Positions 1 to 12,893 of a stretch of 63,520 nt of DNA are shown piece after piece (positions within the stretch are counted from its first letter, which is position 1; the number at the start of each line of letters is the position of its first letter). The notes under the pieces are model-generated. The model was given only the letters and a program-made list of their open reading frames with translations. It made no database searches and was not told the origin of the DNA. Source of the stretch: Octopus bimaculoides (lineage: Eukaryota); assembly GCF_001194135.2 (NCBI RefSeq), contig NC_068983.1, positions 148,720,709 through 148,784,228 of the forward strand, read 5' to 3'. Made by a program: the position numbers and the translations under genes.

Positions 1-50
<50 letters not shown>

Positions 51-420
51 GAATATATATGTATATATATATATACACACATACATATTCATATAGATAT
101 ACATATAAACACACACTCACACACATGCATACAAACACATACATAGATGTATGCATTTGATGCATATTGATAGATAAGTAGATGGTATAGATAGATTATA
201 CACACTTCGTTTTATTGTTTCACTAGAAATCGCGCTGGAGAAGATAGAAGGGAAACGAAGGGGATGCGTATACACATATATGTATGGATAGTTTGTGTGT
301 ATATACATGTATATATATAGATATAGATATATTTGTATGTATACACGTGTTTGTATGTATACGTATAATATCCATACATAAACATATATATACATACATA
401 TATGTACACACACACACACA
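1..420. repeat. Compound (AT)n/(AC)n microsatellite
   Basis: Direct reading of dinucleotide runs. Confidence 0.95.
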
Positions 421-438
421 TACACATATATATATATA

Positions 439-451
439 GTGTGTGTGTTCG

Positions 452-538
<87 letters not shown>
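439..538. repeat. (GT)n microsatellite
   Basis: Near-perfect GT run of about 50 units. Confidence 0.97.
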
Positions 539-540
<2 letters not shown>

Positions 541-2173
541 AATCGACTTTCGGTACATAGTTTTTATTGGAAAAAAGGAAGAGAAACAGAGAGAGAAGGA
601 GAGGTAGATAGAAACAAATATACATTATCACAGAAAACATCTCCACATTACAACAGATTGTCATTCATACAAAATTGCATATTCTCTATAACATTCTCTC
701 GATATTGATTTGAAACAATTGGAGCTGCCACATATTTCCCTAATACATTCTCACTCATCCCTCTTTTTCTCTTTTAACCTCTTTATCTCTTTCTTTCTCT
801 CTCTTTCTTTTTCCCTCATTTTATCTTTGATTCGTTGGAATTTACATTAAATAAATAAATGAATATAAAAAGAGAGAGAGAAAAAAACAAGCAATACTGA
901 AATAATTATCTCATGGTTTCATCTCGATATTTTTCGCCCATGTCGTTCGAAATAGCAACACTTGGGAATGAATAACTAATATTGATTTTTTGTTCAGAGC
1001 CTTGTGGAATAAGATGTAAGCTTTTGATATGTCAAGTTCGCAAAGCGGTTTCAATTTTCAGCTAGGAAAACATTTCATTTCACTTACGTTATCTAATGGG
1101 AGACATTAGATCGAGCACTGATAGTATGATGTATTTCATTTGACATTTTACTTAGCCAAGCTGTTGTATCGTTTTCTTAACTTGATTAAAGACTGACCAC
1201 CTTTAGATATGACTGAATCAACTCCATTGCATGACTGGTGACTCATTTATTGACCATTAAAAGATAAAATGCAAAATCAAGCCCTTTTAGAATTTGTCAG
1301 TCCCATTATGAAATCGGGTATACACCACCATTAGAATTGAAGTAGTATTTACTTATTTGAACTAGATGTGAAGCATAATATTGAGTTATTTTAACCAATC
1401 GGAATGCTGCTTTTGTGTTGGGATCTTTTGTAGAATGCCGTACAGTGTAGATTCAATTCATCCACCTAAAAGCGTATGACAAAGAGGAGTTGAATCCGAC
1501 TCAAAATATGGACGAGTTAAACTGTCTATTAAAATGTATTCAATGCTGGCGATTCACAACTTCTACGTCGACGCCTTATATGAAAAACTAATATTGACAT
1601 TGTTATATATGAAACTATTTTCGCTTCAATCTTCTGGCAGCCATTTTTTCAATACAAAGAAGAAAAACAATACACAGAAGAAAATATAATTGTTATTGAT
1701 TTCTCCAATCACTTGTCTTCTGACTTGTCACACTATATCGATTATAACTTTTCTTTATATATATATCACGTTTTTGCACTAACTTGAATTTGCAGTTAAG
1801 AGAGAATGATCAGGCGTTAAAGGGACTGATTAATCTTTGCCATATCAACTCTTTGGAAGATTTACTTCTTGACAGAAGACACTTGACTGTAATATACTTG
1901 AGCTATGAACCCCAGCATATCAAGGAGGAGATTGCGATTTCAATTCACAGTCGAATACAATAATTTCTTTTATTTACGCCGTTGCTACACACGCGCGATA
2001 TGATGAAAGTTAAGAGAGTACAGACAAAAGTAATCCTTAGAACACAAAGACAAAATAAACACTGCAGTTCCTTTAGTTCTGCACCGTTTGGTGTATACCA
2101 TTCTCCACTGTCCTTAATAAAATAAACGTAGCAATTTCCCATTTCCATCTACTCATAATATACAGAGGTGGTC

Positions 2174-2330
2174 CGCCGAGGTCGACTTTGCCTTTCATCC
2201 TTTCAGGGTCGATTAAATAAGTATCAATTACACACTGGGGTCGATGTAATCTACTTAATCCCTTTGTCCTCGTTTGTCCTCTCTATGTTTATCCCCCGTG
2301 AGCAATAGAGAAATTGAAGTGTAACTGGCT
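2174..2330 (+). mobile_element. 5'-truncated tRNA-derived SINE (family A)
   Basis: CCGCCGAGGTCGACTTTGCCTTTCATCCTTTC..GGGTCGAT body that recurs many times in this window (10013, 23583, 35011, 47355, 57065). Confidence 0.8.
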
Positions 2331-4460
2331 GAGTTGACATGGTACCGGATAACACGTCGAGACGTTAGTGGTTCCTCCCTGTCACCGGCATATCTGGTGC
2401 GAAATAAATACCCTCAAAATTTGAATTATAACATTTCAAATTCAACATTTATAGTTCGTACAATTAGGGCCTCATCTTTTCACAATTCAAAATTTTAGAG
2501 ATTGTACTAATTTATTCATTAACATAGGTCTTTTGCTTTTTTTATAATATAGTTATATATTTATGCACATTTTCTTGGGTTTTATGGTATTTTGAAAGAA
2601 AGATTTGTCTTGTAAATATCTATTCATGGAAACAAATCTAAGGCACTATTGTCCCAGCAGACAGATTAAAAATTGTAAGCAATTTGCAGTTGTTGATGTC
2701 ATCGGTAAAAGTAACATATAAAATTCCTTGCGGTATTTCGTTACATACTGAACAGAAATCCTAAAATCAGGCATTTTGTGGCAGATAAAATAGTCATAAG
2801 ATGCAAAGGTTGATTTAATTGGATATTTTCTTCCACCCATTCTGTTTTAAATTTTGGTCGTTTCTATATAGCATATGCCTCTGCTCTAAAAACTTTTTTT
2901 TTCTTTTTCATTAAATGTTGATGGCATTTGATGACTTGCAAATAACCACATTATCTCTCTGTAAGTATTGTCCCGAGAACATATAATAATTCATTGTGGT
3001 CATAAAAATATAGCTTTTTTACTTTTATAGCTCCAGTTCAGCCCTTAATCTTGTTGAACCAAAGGCGCTCCAGCAGTTATAACGCCCGATTTGTTTCGTG
3101 TATAATGTATCTGGGACTACACTATAGTCATTGCGGTCTTATTTTTAATTTCCTTAAGTACGATATTGATATGAGATTTGGATATTAAATCTAGCAGCGA
3201 AAATAGGCCTCATTATTGGGTCAATAGCAATACTTATAGTATACTAAAGATTGCTTATTATAAGAGAAAAGTCTAGAGTATTGATTTCTAATATTGGTAC
3301 AGGTCAAGACGTTTTAGAGCGTCTGCAGTCGATCAAATTGACATTATAGTACTCAACGTTAGCATTATTTCATCAACCACCCACTCCCAGAGAGATAGTC
3401 GGAAGGACAAGTCACTCTCAGTGGGATTTGAACATGGAGAGCCTTAAATAATTAATGATTCTTCCCCTATGGATTTCACAAAATGATTAACACTTATCGA
3501 CATCACAGGAAGTGACAAAATGTGAAATACACAAGTATTTTCATTCGCAAAGTACAGCTTCAAAACAATAAATTTTTACTCAATTTTGGTGGCTACTTCT
3601 CGCAGACTGAGCAACCGAACAGACGTATCCCTGTTTGTTCATTTAAGTTATTTGTGACATTCATCACTGTACTTAAATAGTTTCAGTATTTAGGGGTTGA
3701 AAATTAAAAGTTGAATGTTGAAACGTTATTTTGTATTTTGTTAGATAGATCAATCAACTTTCGAAGTAACAAATCAACAGAATTAAGATGTTGAATTTTT
3801 TTTTTTCTATTAATGTGCCAATCTTTCGATAATGATGAAGAATTAAATGCTTTGATGTTCAATCTGATGCAAAGCGAAGGGGGGATTGCTACTGACTAGT
3901 AGTGTGTGCGTAGTGGTTGGGATGGGGTAATTAAATAATATCAATTATAAATTACTATTTATAATGAGCCTGCAGAGTTAAATTCAATAAAAAAAGAAAC
4001 TACTTTTAATAGTATCGGCTAATTCAGAGATGGGAAAAACTATTTTTGCCTCAGTACATTATATATCGGTTGCGTTTTTCATATCTTTTTCTTTCTTTCT
4101 TTTTATATTTTGCAAATAAAAGTCCGCAAATTAAGTATAATAATTAGTAGTGATTGTATTGCTATTGTTGTTGCAGAAATTGTGCCCTAAAACCAGAGAG
4201 AATATTCTGCTTTCTATAATAGTATAAAATTCTACTATAATTTGAGAAATCACATGATATAGTTTTGAAACTAATTCCATCTATTTATGCTTTCTATTTA
4301 TATTTTGTTATATATACGCTAATATAATTTTATATTATGTTGTTTATATGGCGTTATTTCCGTTTTGTATATTTACTTGTTTATCTCGCTTAACATTTCC
4401 CATCAGTTCGCATCAGTTCGCATTAACGACCCTATTAACAGCTGATTGATTAGCAGTTAA

Positions 4461-4560
4461 TAGGATCGTTAAAATAAGTAACAGACTGGTACTGGGGCCG
4501 ACTTAATCAAACGTTCTTTCATATTCGTGACCTTGTGCCAATGTTAGAAATCAATATTAT
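4461..4560 (+). mobile_element. SINE family A, 3' half
   Basis: AAAATAAGTA..ACTGGGG.CGAC..CCTTGTGCCAATGTTAGAAATC matches the 3' half of the other copies. Confidence 0.65.
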
Positions 4561-4635
4561 TTAGAGAGATCAAGAAAAGGGAGTTGAACAAAAAATGGAC
4601 AGTATACCTTACTCTATTTTCAGCTTGGTAGAAGC

Positions 4636-4750
<115 letters not shown>

Positions 4751-4959
4751 CGAAATGCAAGAAGACTACGTGTTGCTACATCAAGTACTTAACGTTCAAA
4801 AGTATCGGCAACACAAGTGACGGAACGAAAACCTACCTTGGCCTAGTGTTAGTATATCCTATCAAACTGGAATATGCCTGCATACACCCCCTTTATTCTA
4901 CTGTTTCCACCCTTTATTTCTGCCTTTCTACCTCTCCACCGTTTATTTTTACTAAATGT

Positions 4960-5480
4960 ACGGATATCAAGGCAACGTTTAATAGTAAATGCTGCGGGAC
5001 TCGTGTAACATTTACCATGTAACATCACTCATACGAGAGACAGAACCAGAGTCCGAGAAAAATAGTATTCATCTTAGCAAGTATTATTTAGCAGCATTGA
5101 AATATTCGGGGAGAGAACTTCCTCCTATATGAGAACGACGATATTCATGTTCCTCCACAGCACGCAAACCTATTTATCAGTTCAGAGTATTGAATTGATG
5201 GAACATTGTTAGAGCGTCGAGTGGAATCCATTGCGGTTGCAGTTTCGACTCTTTACATTTTGGAGGCAAAGCATATGATGAGATTGGTGGCAAGCCTTTC
5301 TTTTGGGCTATATCAGTGGCGTGAATAGGAGTGAAAACATATATTTATTACATGCATTGACAGCTGCTGGTTTTTCATAGACGTCTCCACAACTTGCTCC
5401 ATAAAGAAGAACATTTCTGGTGCAGATAAATGGTCTCACTATCCATAACGTAGCACCGGAGTCACTAATAATGTCAGTAC
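4960..5480 (-). mobile_element. Possible highly degraded CR1/L2-type LINE 3' fragment
   Basis: The stop-interrupted minus-strand translation has loose echoes of CR1/L2 ORF2 C-terminal motifs (ERLATNLII, RRSNNVPSIQY, YFSRTLVL). The match is weak and judged by eye. Confidence 0.25.
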
Positions 5481-5719
5481 AAATGAGAATAACCAGTTGA
5501 TAATGTGAGTGGGAAAGCTCATGTAAACAAATATGAAATGAATATATGGACGTCCAATTAATCATCATTTTTATACTAATAGTAAATTGATCACTCTTAT
5601 CATATATTAATGAGACGACGCCAAGCAATGTAAAATAATTAATTTTGCTTTGGGGTAATGCTTCAGTTGTTGTTACAATATGTCAATTCCAGTCAATACT
5701 AGTGTCTGCTTCTCTTTCC

Positions 5720-5762
<43 letters not shown>

Positions 5763-5789
5763 TGTTGAAGAGAACAACAAAACGCTGAG

Positions 5790-5993
5790 GCAAGGCAAAC
5801 TTCTCAAGTCATATGCATTATTATTATTATTGGAAAAAAGATTCAAAGTCTTACAGCTGTTTCTGGGATATCCCAGAGTATAAGATATTCCGTCATCGGA
5901 GACAAATAGGGAAAATGAGAAGGATATAGATTAATGAAATGACTACGTAGAGGACAGGAGTAAAGGAATAAGGAAATGAAGAAAGAAAAGAAA
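5790..5993 (-). mobile_element. Penelope-like (pLTR/3' end) repeat, copy 1, carrying a hammerhead motif
   Basis: Reverse complement aligns to 6130-6332 at roughly 87% (hand count). Pyrimidine-rich tract followed by the HHR motif and an (AAT)n run. Confidence 0.6.
5848..5903 (-). ncRNA. Type I hammerhead ribozyme motif with a mutated core (CCGAUGA)
   Basis: Minus strand: GUCU-CCGAUGA-stem II (CGGAAUAUC..GAUAUCCCA)-GAAA-CAGCUG-UA-AGAC. The U4>C change in the core predicts inactivity. Confidence 0.65.
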
Positions 5994-6129
5994 AAAAAAG
6001 CATGTTATATGTATATATTACACTATCAGGACTTCAAACTGCATGCATGTACGCAGGATTGCAACTAAGGACTTATGGACTTATTTCTACAAGATCAGAA
6101 AGCTGAACTGTAAACTTTTATGTTTCATG

Positions 6130-6332
6130 TTTCTTCTCTTTCTTCATCTCCTTATTCCTTTACTTCTGTCCCCTATGCCTCCATTTAATTAATCTATACC
6201 CATCTTATTTTCTCTATTTGTCTCTGATGACGAAATATCCCATACTCTGCGATATCACGAAACAGCTGTAAGACTTTGAATATTTTTTCCAATAATAATA
6301 ACAACGTATATGACTTGAGATGTTTGCCTTGC
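6130..6332 (+). mobile_element. Penelope-like repeat, copy 2 (inverted relative to copy 1)
   Basis: Inverted partner of 5790-5993; the spacer between arms is about 136 bp. Confidence 0.6.
6220..6274 (+). ncRNA. Type I hammerhead ribozyme motif (GUA cleavage triplet)
   Basis: Stem I GUCU 6220-6223 pairs with AGAC 6271-6274; CUGAUGA 6224-6230; imperfect stem II 6231-6258; GAAA 6259-6262; palindromic ACAGCUGU stem III; GUA 6268-6270. Confidence 0.75.
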
Positions 6333-6508
6333 ACATCTAGATAACACAGCGGAACAGGGGCAACCTTAGAATCTCTGAGGCCATCCCCATACACCAAAAG
6401 AAACCTAAGATCACCAATACAAGGGAGTTACAGGAAGCTAGCTGGTTGCTATAGCAACACCATTCTGGGCATGTCCACTCCACACACGCTCACATATACT
6501 CACATCGG

Positions 6509-6703
6509 CAACATTCGTTAATTTCTAGAAAATGGGGTCATAACCTCATAATATTCAATACAAGGTAAGTCTACATTAATATTTATTTTCTTGTGATTTA
6601 CCTTACATTTACTTCGCATTGTTTTGGACTTACCCACGATCCTTTATACAATATATATATATGTATGTATATGACCCCATTTTCAAGAAATTGACGAATG
6701 CTG
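6509..6703. repeat. 33-bp inverted repeat pair (MITE-like)
   Basis: 6509-6541 CAACATTCGTTAATTTCTAGAAAATGGGGTCAT versus 6671-6703 reverse complement CAGCATTCGTCAATTTCTTGAAAATGGGGTCAT (3 mismatches). Confidence 0.7.
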
Positions 6704-6973
6704 TTCGTGTGTGTGTGCATGAATATGTATACAGGAAATTCTCTAACTCTAATATATGGTGTTATCGGTTAACGTAGAAAATCTGTTAAATTGAACGCAA
6801 CTTAAAAGCTAGCTATAAAGCTTAAAAACACTACTTTAGTCAATATTCCTGCACAATATAGAAATTTTGAGTTGCAATAAAGAACAAAGAATTTTTACTT
6901 AGCATTTATTACTGTGTAGTTGATTCTATGTATATTTGTATGTAAATGCACATATAAACATAATACATATATC

Positions 6974-7023
<50 letters not shown>

Positions 7024-9171
7024 TAATTGAACCAAATGTCGGTATATTATATATGCTTTTTTTTTTAATATTACTTTGTTCGGTATAAAAATTTCGTCGA
7101 AAAACTGCCTTGTCTTCGTTGAATAGGATTTCGATCAATTGTTCTTTTGTACGATTTTTTCTTCAACTAATGTTTTCCTTTCGCCTTCTTTCGGCCAATG
7201 CGTTTTCAACAATTGTCTTTTCAAAAATTGTTCCTGGATTCGCATGTATGTGCATGCGTGAGGGAGATAGAAAGAGGGAGAGAGGGAAATACAGAGAGAC
7301 AGAGATTAGTGGTCTGATAACCAGAGACTTTCTACTGGTAGTCATTTGAGCCACAGCAAACTGTCACAGGGTTGATGTGTACATGCATGTTTCACTGTTT
7401 AGACATTGTTTGGACAAGGAAACAGCCACTTCTGTAGTTTCATTGATCGTGAGGACACACAGAGGGTGAAGTATAAGCAGGAGAAGACTGGATTCAGTAG
7501 TTGCCCGCGCGGTAATATTCTCTGCTGAAATACTGTCGACATTAAAGAGTTGTGGTTTTATCAGGAAGTTGTCTGCTTTTGTTAACGTGAAAGAGCACAT
7601 CAGGAGGGCACTGCATTTTATAAAAGATAGGAAGCGCAAAAGGTGACTATATCCCATGGGAGAACAATCCCTGTACACATATATACACACATATACACAT
7701 ATACACAGAGTGTACAGACCCGCTAATTAGGTATTCTTGCGACCAGGATAGTGCTGGATAATTGAATATAACTCAACCTTAAAAACAAGATCACGTTTTC
7801 AGGCATTACATTAAATATATAATTCTATTTTGTTACAGCCTCAATACATACCGATTTATTTTACCTGGTCGAATTAAATTTACGACTCCATGTATACTGA
7901 ATTTCTAAACCATACAACTATAAGCACATAATTTTCCACGATACCAATATCTTTGTATAATTGCTTAATCGCAAGATGCTTTCATTTATTGTTGGCTCTG
8001 AAATTAGTATATACCCAAATCATTGAACCACTAAAATTACAGAAATATTGAATTATTAGATGTTTGCTGCCCATTAACAGCTTTACCTGTCTCCGAGTAA
8101 GCTCTAAAGGGCAGTAAATTGTCATTTTGCTTCCTAAAATTACAATAAACGTGGTCTATGATATATTCACAAAGTGACTGAACAACGTTTGGACTGTCAC
8201 TTCTTTTCAATCATTGTTTCACTTTCAAGGAGTATTGCACGCTATCTGTTCACAAACTAGTTACTTTTATTAATAACGAAAAACATTTTCACTAATGGTT
8301 TGACAGCATAGATGCAGACAACAGACGCAACACACTTAAATAGCAACCACGTTTTTAATGTAAACAAAGAAGCATTGATATCGGCGGCCAATGACGANNN
8401 NNNNNNNNNNNNNNNNNNNNNNNNNNNNNNNNNNNNNNNNNNNNNNNNNNNNNNNNNNNNNNNNNNNNNNNNNNNNNNNNNNNNNNNNNNNNNNNNNNNN
8501 NNNNNNNNNNNNNNNNNNNNNNNNNNNNNNNNNNNNNNNNNNNNNNNNNNNNNNNNNNNNNNNNNNNNNNNNNNNNNNNNNNNNNNNNNNNNNNNNNNNN
8601 NNNNNNNNNNNNNNNNNNNNNNNNNNNNNNNNNNNNNNNNNNNNNNNNNNNNNNNNNNNNNNNNNNNNNNNNNNNNNNNNNNNNNNNNNNNNNNNNNNNN
8701 NNNNNNNNNNNNNNNNNNNNNNNNNNNNNNNNNNNNNNNNNNNNNNNNNNNNNNNNNNNNNNNNNNNNNNNNNNNNNNNNNNNNNNNNNNNNNNNNNNNN
8801 NNNNNNNNNNNNNNNNNNNNNNNNNNNNNNNNNNNNNNNNNNNNNNNNNNNNNNNNNNNNNNNNNNNNNNNNNNNNNNNNNNNNNNNNNNNNNNNNNNNN
8901 NNNNNNNNNNNNNNNNNNNNNNNNNNNNNNNNNNNNNNNNNNNNNNNNNNNNNNNNNNNNNNNNNNNNNNNNNNNNNNNNNNNNNNNNNNNNNNNNNNNN
9001 NNNNNNNNNNNNNNNNNNNNNNNNNNNNNNNNNNNNNNNNNNNNNNNNNNNNNNNNNNNNNNNNNNNNNNNNNNNNNNNNNNNNNNNNNNNNNNNNNNNN
9101 NNNNNNNNNNNNNNNNNNNNNNNNNNNNNNNNNNNNNNNNNNNNNNNNNNNNNNNNNNNNNNNNNNNNNNN

Positions 9172-9213
<42 letters not shown>

Positions 9214-10012
9214 CTATTTTCGTTTTACATGTGTGAGCGCATGTGTTTTGGAGAAGAACTTTTGAGTGAAAAGTGAAATGTTGTCAAATACCTTAATAGC
9301 TCTTCAATATATTATATATCTCGCACCATTACCATCCATTAAACTATTGAAATCAGGTACTTACCTAAAAGAAAAAACAAAGAAACATAATTAAAGACAT
9401 TTCTAATTCAAAACCTAAATTAAAACATATATACATATTTTGCTGAAACAGACTTAAGTAGATTGTAGTTAAATTCCTTACAATTGCTTTTGGCTTTGTC
9501 TTGGATTTTTTTCTTTTTTATAATTAGCAAACTACTTTAGAACACCGAGTAGAAATATTAAATTCACTTAGAATCTACCATGTGGCATTGGTTCGATTCT
9601 TTCATGTTCCATTAACATTCTTCTATTTCACATAACACGAATTTTTCGACTGTAATCAATTCTGTAGGGAACGAATATGTTAGGGAAGTGTTCAGTGGTA
9701 CATAATGTCAAAATCATTTGTTTATTTGATTATATTTCTTTAAGTTGATGGCTCAAGTCCTATCGAGATCGAATTTAACTTTTATCTGTACTTCATCAAT
9801 AATGTAAATAGCACTAAAAGTGATGGGAGATCAATTAAATCTGTTATATCCCTTAGAAATCAATAATTTAGAGAAGATTGCAATTAATATGGCAAAGTAG
9901 GCTGTGGCAGGATGACCTGACCTTACTTAACACGCTACGTGAAGACAAAATATTTTGTGGTAACCCAACGACGGATTCCCATATCATTTACTTAAATCCA
10001 TGTCAGAATGCT

Positions 10013-10222
10013 GGTTTCACATTTTTGGTACAAGGTTAGCAATTTCGGAAGAGGTGCTAAGTCAATTACAACGACAACAGGGTCCAACTGGTACTTATTT
10101 TATGGACCCAAAATGATGAAAAGCAAAGTCGACCTCGCGAAATTTGAACTCAGAACGTAGAGGCGGACGAAATGCCGCTAAGAATTTTGCCCACTGTGCT
10201 AACGATTCTGCCATCTCACTCC
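10013..10222 (-). mobile_element. Near full-length tRNA-derived SINE (family A)
   Basis: Minus strand has the TGGCAGAATCGTTAGC A-box head, GAGTTCAAATT B box, GAGGTCGACTTTGC body and CCTTGTACCAAAAATGTGAAACC tail. Confidence 0.85.
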
Positions 10223-10724
10223 CTTTCCGTGCCAAAATATTGTCGATATAATTATTTGATGCCCATAACGAGGAAAAAGTCGAAGACAGATCCGTCAATA
10301 TTTTGAACTCAGGACTTTCAAACAAAACTTAAGTAGTCGTGGAGACATGCTGCGTGAAATACTAAACTTCGGTGATGACCCAACGTGCAATTATAGGCAA
10401 ATACATTTTCAATCAGACTGAATGTCAGTAGGGTTCGAGCCATAACATTTGTAGATGATTAGATAAGTGAATGTGTATTTAATGATATAATAAGGTGATG
10501 TTACTTCTTTTTGCTTCACAATCGAAAACTTAGTATTTACGCAAAGATGCAACTAAATATATTCTAGTATTGGTTCCTCTTTTACTTATTAACTGTGGAT
10601 AATTAGAAGGGATTTAAGAATATCATTAACTGAAGACTAAACTGAAAGTTAACGCTTTCTTTTCTCTTCTTTTTCCTTCACCTTTTTAGAAATATTAATT
10701 AACTCATTTATAATATGTACTTTG

Positions 10725-11079
10725 TTGTTTGTTTCAGTCATTTGACTGCGGCCATGCTGGAGTACCGCCTGTAGTCGAGAAAATCGACCCCAGGACTTAT
10801 TCTTTGTAAGCTTTGTATTTATTCTATCCGTCTCTTTTGCCGAACCGCTAAGTTACGGGTACATAAACACACCAACATCGGTTGTCAAGCGATGTTGCAG
10901 GGGGGGGGGCAAACACACACATACATATATACATACATACGACGGGCTTCTTTCAGTTTCCGTCTACCAAATCCACTCACAAGGCTTTGGTCGGCCCGAG
11001 GCTATAGTAGAAAACATTTGCCCAAGGAACCATGTGGTTGGTAAACAAGCTACTTACCACACAGCCGCTCCTGCGCCTA
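10725..11079 (-). mobile_element. tRNA-derived SINE (family B, CORE-like) with an internal microsatellite
   Basis: Minus strand starts TAGGCGCAGGAGCGGCTGTGTGGTAAGTAGC; CCTTGGGCAAATG..CTACTATAGCCTCGGGCCGACC central block; homologous to 46312-46652 and 62105-62352. Confidence 0.85.
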
Positions 11080-11960
11080 TATTAATTATATTAAGATATT
11101 TGTAATGTATACCATCCTATTTATTTAGACGCAAATGTGCTAACAGCCTAAGTTAAATGAACTGCTTTCAGCCAAAGATGAAAAATGCATCTCAGGCTCA
11201 GCGTGCACAACGCGTAAAATTCCGTTTTGTTTTGCCCTTCTAATCAAAAGATTTAATTTCATTTTATATATTGTTAACACCAACTTCCCAAATAATATTA
11301 CTCTATCAATAATACTCCACATTAATCCAATAGTCATAGGGGAATCATCTGAAAATTTCAATTACATGATATATGCATACAAAGCTCGAACATCTGCTAG
11401 CGATATTCATGCGTAAATTTGAACGCAGCTCTGCAAAGGAACGAAACGGTCTTTAATTGTAAAGGAATCAATCTCATTATGATGAGTCATTGCTGTTGTT
11501 GCTGCTTAACCTCAACTGACGTGTCTTCAAACGTAACCCAGCCATGGCCATCCTACCTTGAATTCATACATATAACATATTCCATTTCTAATGTTTGATA
11601 ATGTTTTACTAGGAGAACGAGGGATCACGAAGAATGAGACCTTTCATTGTCAGTAATATACCTTGGTATATGTTTACAACCAAGTAAACTGGGCTGTCTG
11701 TGAGTTAAGAGACTGCAAAATAGAATGTTGTTTTATCTGCGCCCAAGGAACTAAGCTCTTAAAAGTTAAATCCACGTAAATCTCTGTAGTGTTAATGAAA
11801 TGTATAACTTACTGTCATAACTAACATTTAAAGTGACATGTGAGTCGTTGACTTATAAGACCGAGCTTTATTTTTCAGCAGAAAATCATATAAACGATAA
11901 AAAGCCGTGATATCCATAAGATATATCTCACATCTGCTTCATGTTACAGAAACCAGAGAT

Positions 11961-12703
11961 AACCGTTTAGATCTATTTTAAAACGGGGGCTGCAGTTTTC
12001 ATTAATGTTTTACGTAGTGTTTTTGGTACCGAAAGACTTTCAAACTTCGTATACTTATCTATTTTGTGATATAGAACAGAAAAATGTTTTTGTATTCGAA
12101 TTTATTTCATGTAAAAAATTGTCTTATTTCGATAATTTCAACCAATCACTGACAAGTATTCAGTTGTTTACATTTACTCCTTTGGCTGATTAAGCGATGT
12201 AAAGCGTATTTAATCTCCATAGCTTCGTTTTATTTGCTTTTTTCATTTTAAATTTGCTTTTTTCATTTTCTTTTTTTTTTCTTCGTTTTATTTGCTTTTT
12301 TCTTTTTAAATTTGCTGTTTTACCCTAACCCTAACCCTAGGGCTAGGGTTAGGGTTAGCGTTAGGGTTAGCCTATAATAGAAAGGTTTATTAGCTACTGC
12401 CAATATGCTTCAGCCATTTTTTGACAAGTTAATAATAATTTTATCACCGATAGAATTGTTTCAGAATCGTTTGTTTATGTAGTCGGCACTTAATGTATAT
12501 CGGCTGAATGGACGTCAGTGATTGGTTGAAATTACAGAAATACGACAACTTTAACATGGAATAACTCAGGGATTTCTTTCTTTTTTTTAAGAAGACTAAG
12601 AGAAAAAGATGTTTTATATGACACATTCTACCAGTGTTCCAAGTTTCAAAGTGTTTCGTTAAGAAAATACTGTGGCCCCCGTTTTAAAATAGATCCAACC
12701 GTT
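11961..12703. mobile_element. Foldback/MITE-like element with long imperfect terminal inverted arms
   Basis: GATCTATTTTAAAACGGGGGC at 11970-11990 is inverted at 12677-12695 region; perfect 20-bp inverted pair 12134-12153 / 12514-12533; further inverted blocks near 12032 and 12640. Confidence 0.8.
12322..12370. repeat. Head-to-head telomere-type repeats (CCCTAA)n/(TTAGGG)n
   Basis: ACCCTAACCCTAACCCTAGGGCTAGGGTTAGGGTTAGCGTTAGGGTTAG. Confidence 0.9.
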
Positions 12704-12893
12704 TTCCTAATTATTATTATTTAGCACCAGATCATCACTAAACAAGAAGGTAGAAACAAATATGTTTCAGTTATGAACCTTCTGTCTCATTGTTAGACAT
12801 AGTTTCTATGACCACATTATCTAATGTATTCTTCCTTATACAAAACAGAGGTGTCCGATTTGAATGGCATTTACCTGCTATTTCTATCAGGTA

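Noticed and set aside
5308-5628. ORF containing DSGAT, resembling a retroviral protease motif
   Set aside because: Isolated 5-aa match with no gag, integrase or RT context.
6529-6564. 36-nt exon candidate ending at GTAAGT
   Set aside because: The acceptor side lies inside the arm of an inverted repeat, so it is probably TE-derived.
7364-7690. 108-aa minus-strand ORF in unique, GC-richer sequence
   Set aside because: No recognisable domain and it starts in a microsatellite. It could be regulatory DNA, but I cannot support a call.
12322-12370. Telomere-fusion scar
   Set aside because: Only a few units, embedded in the middle of an inverted-repeat mobile element.
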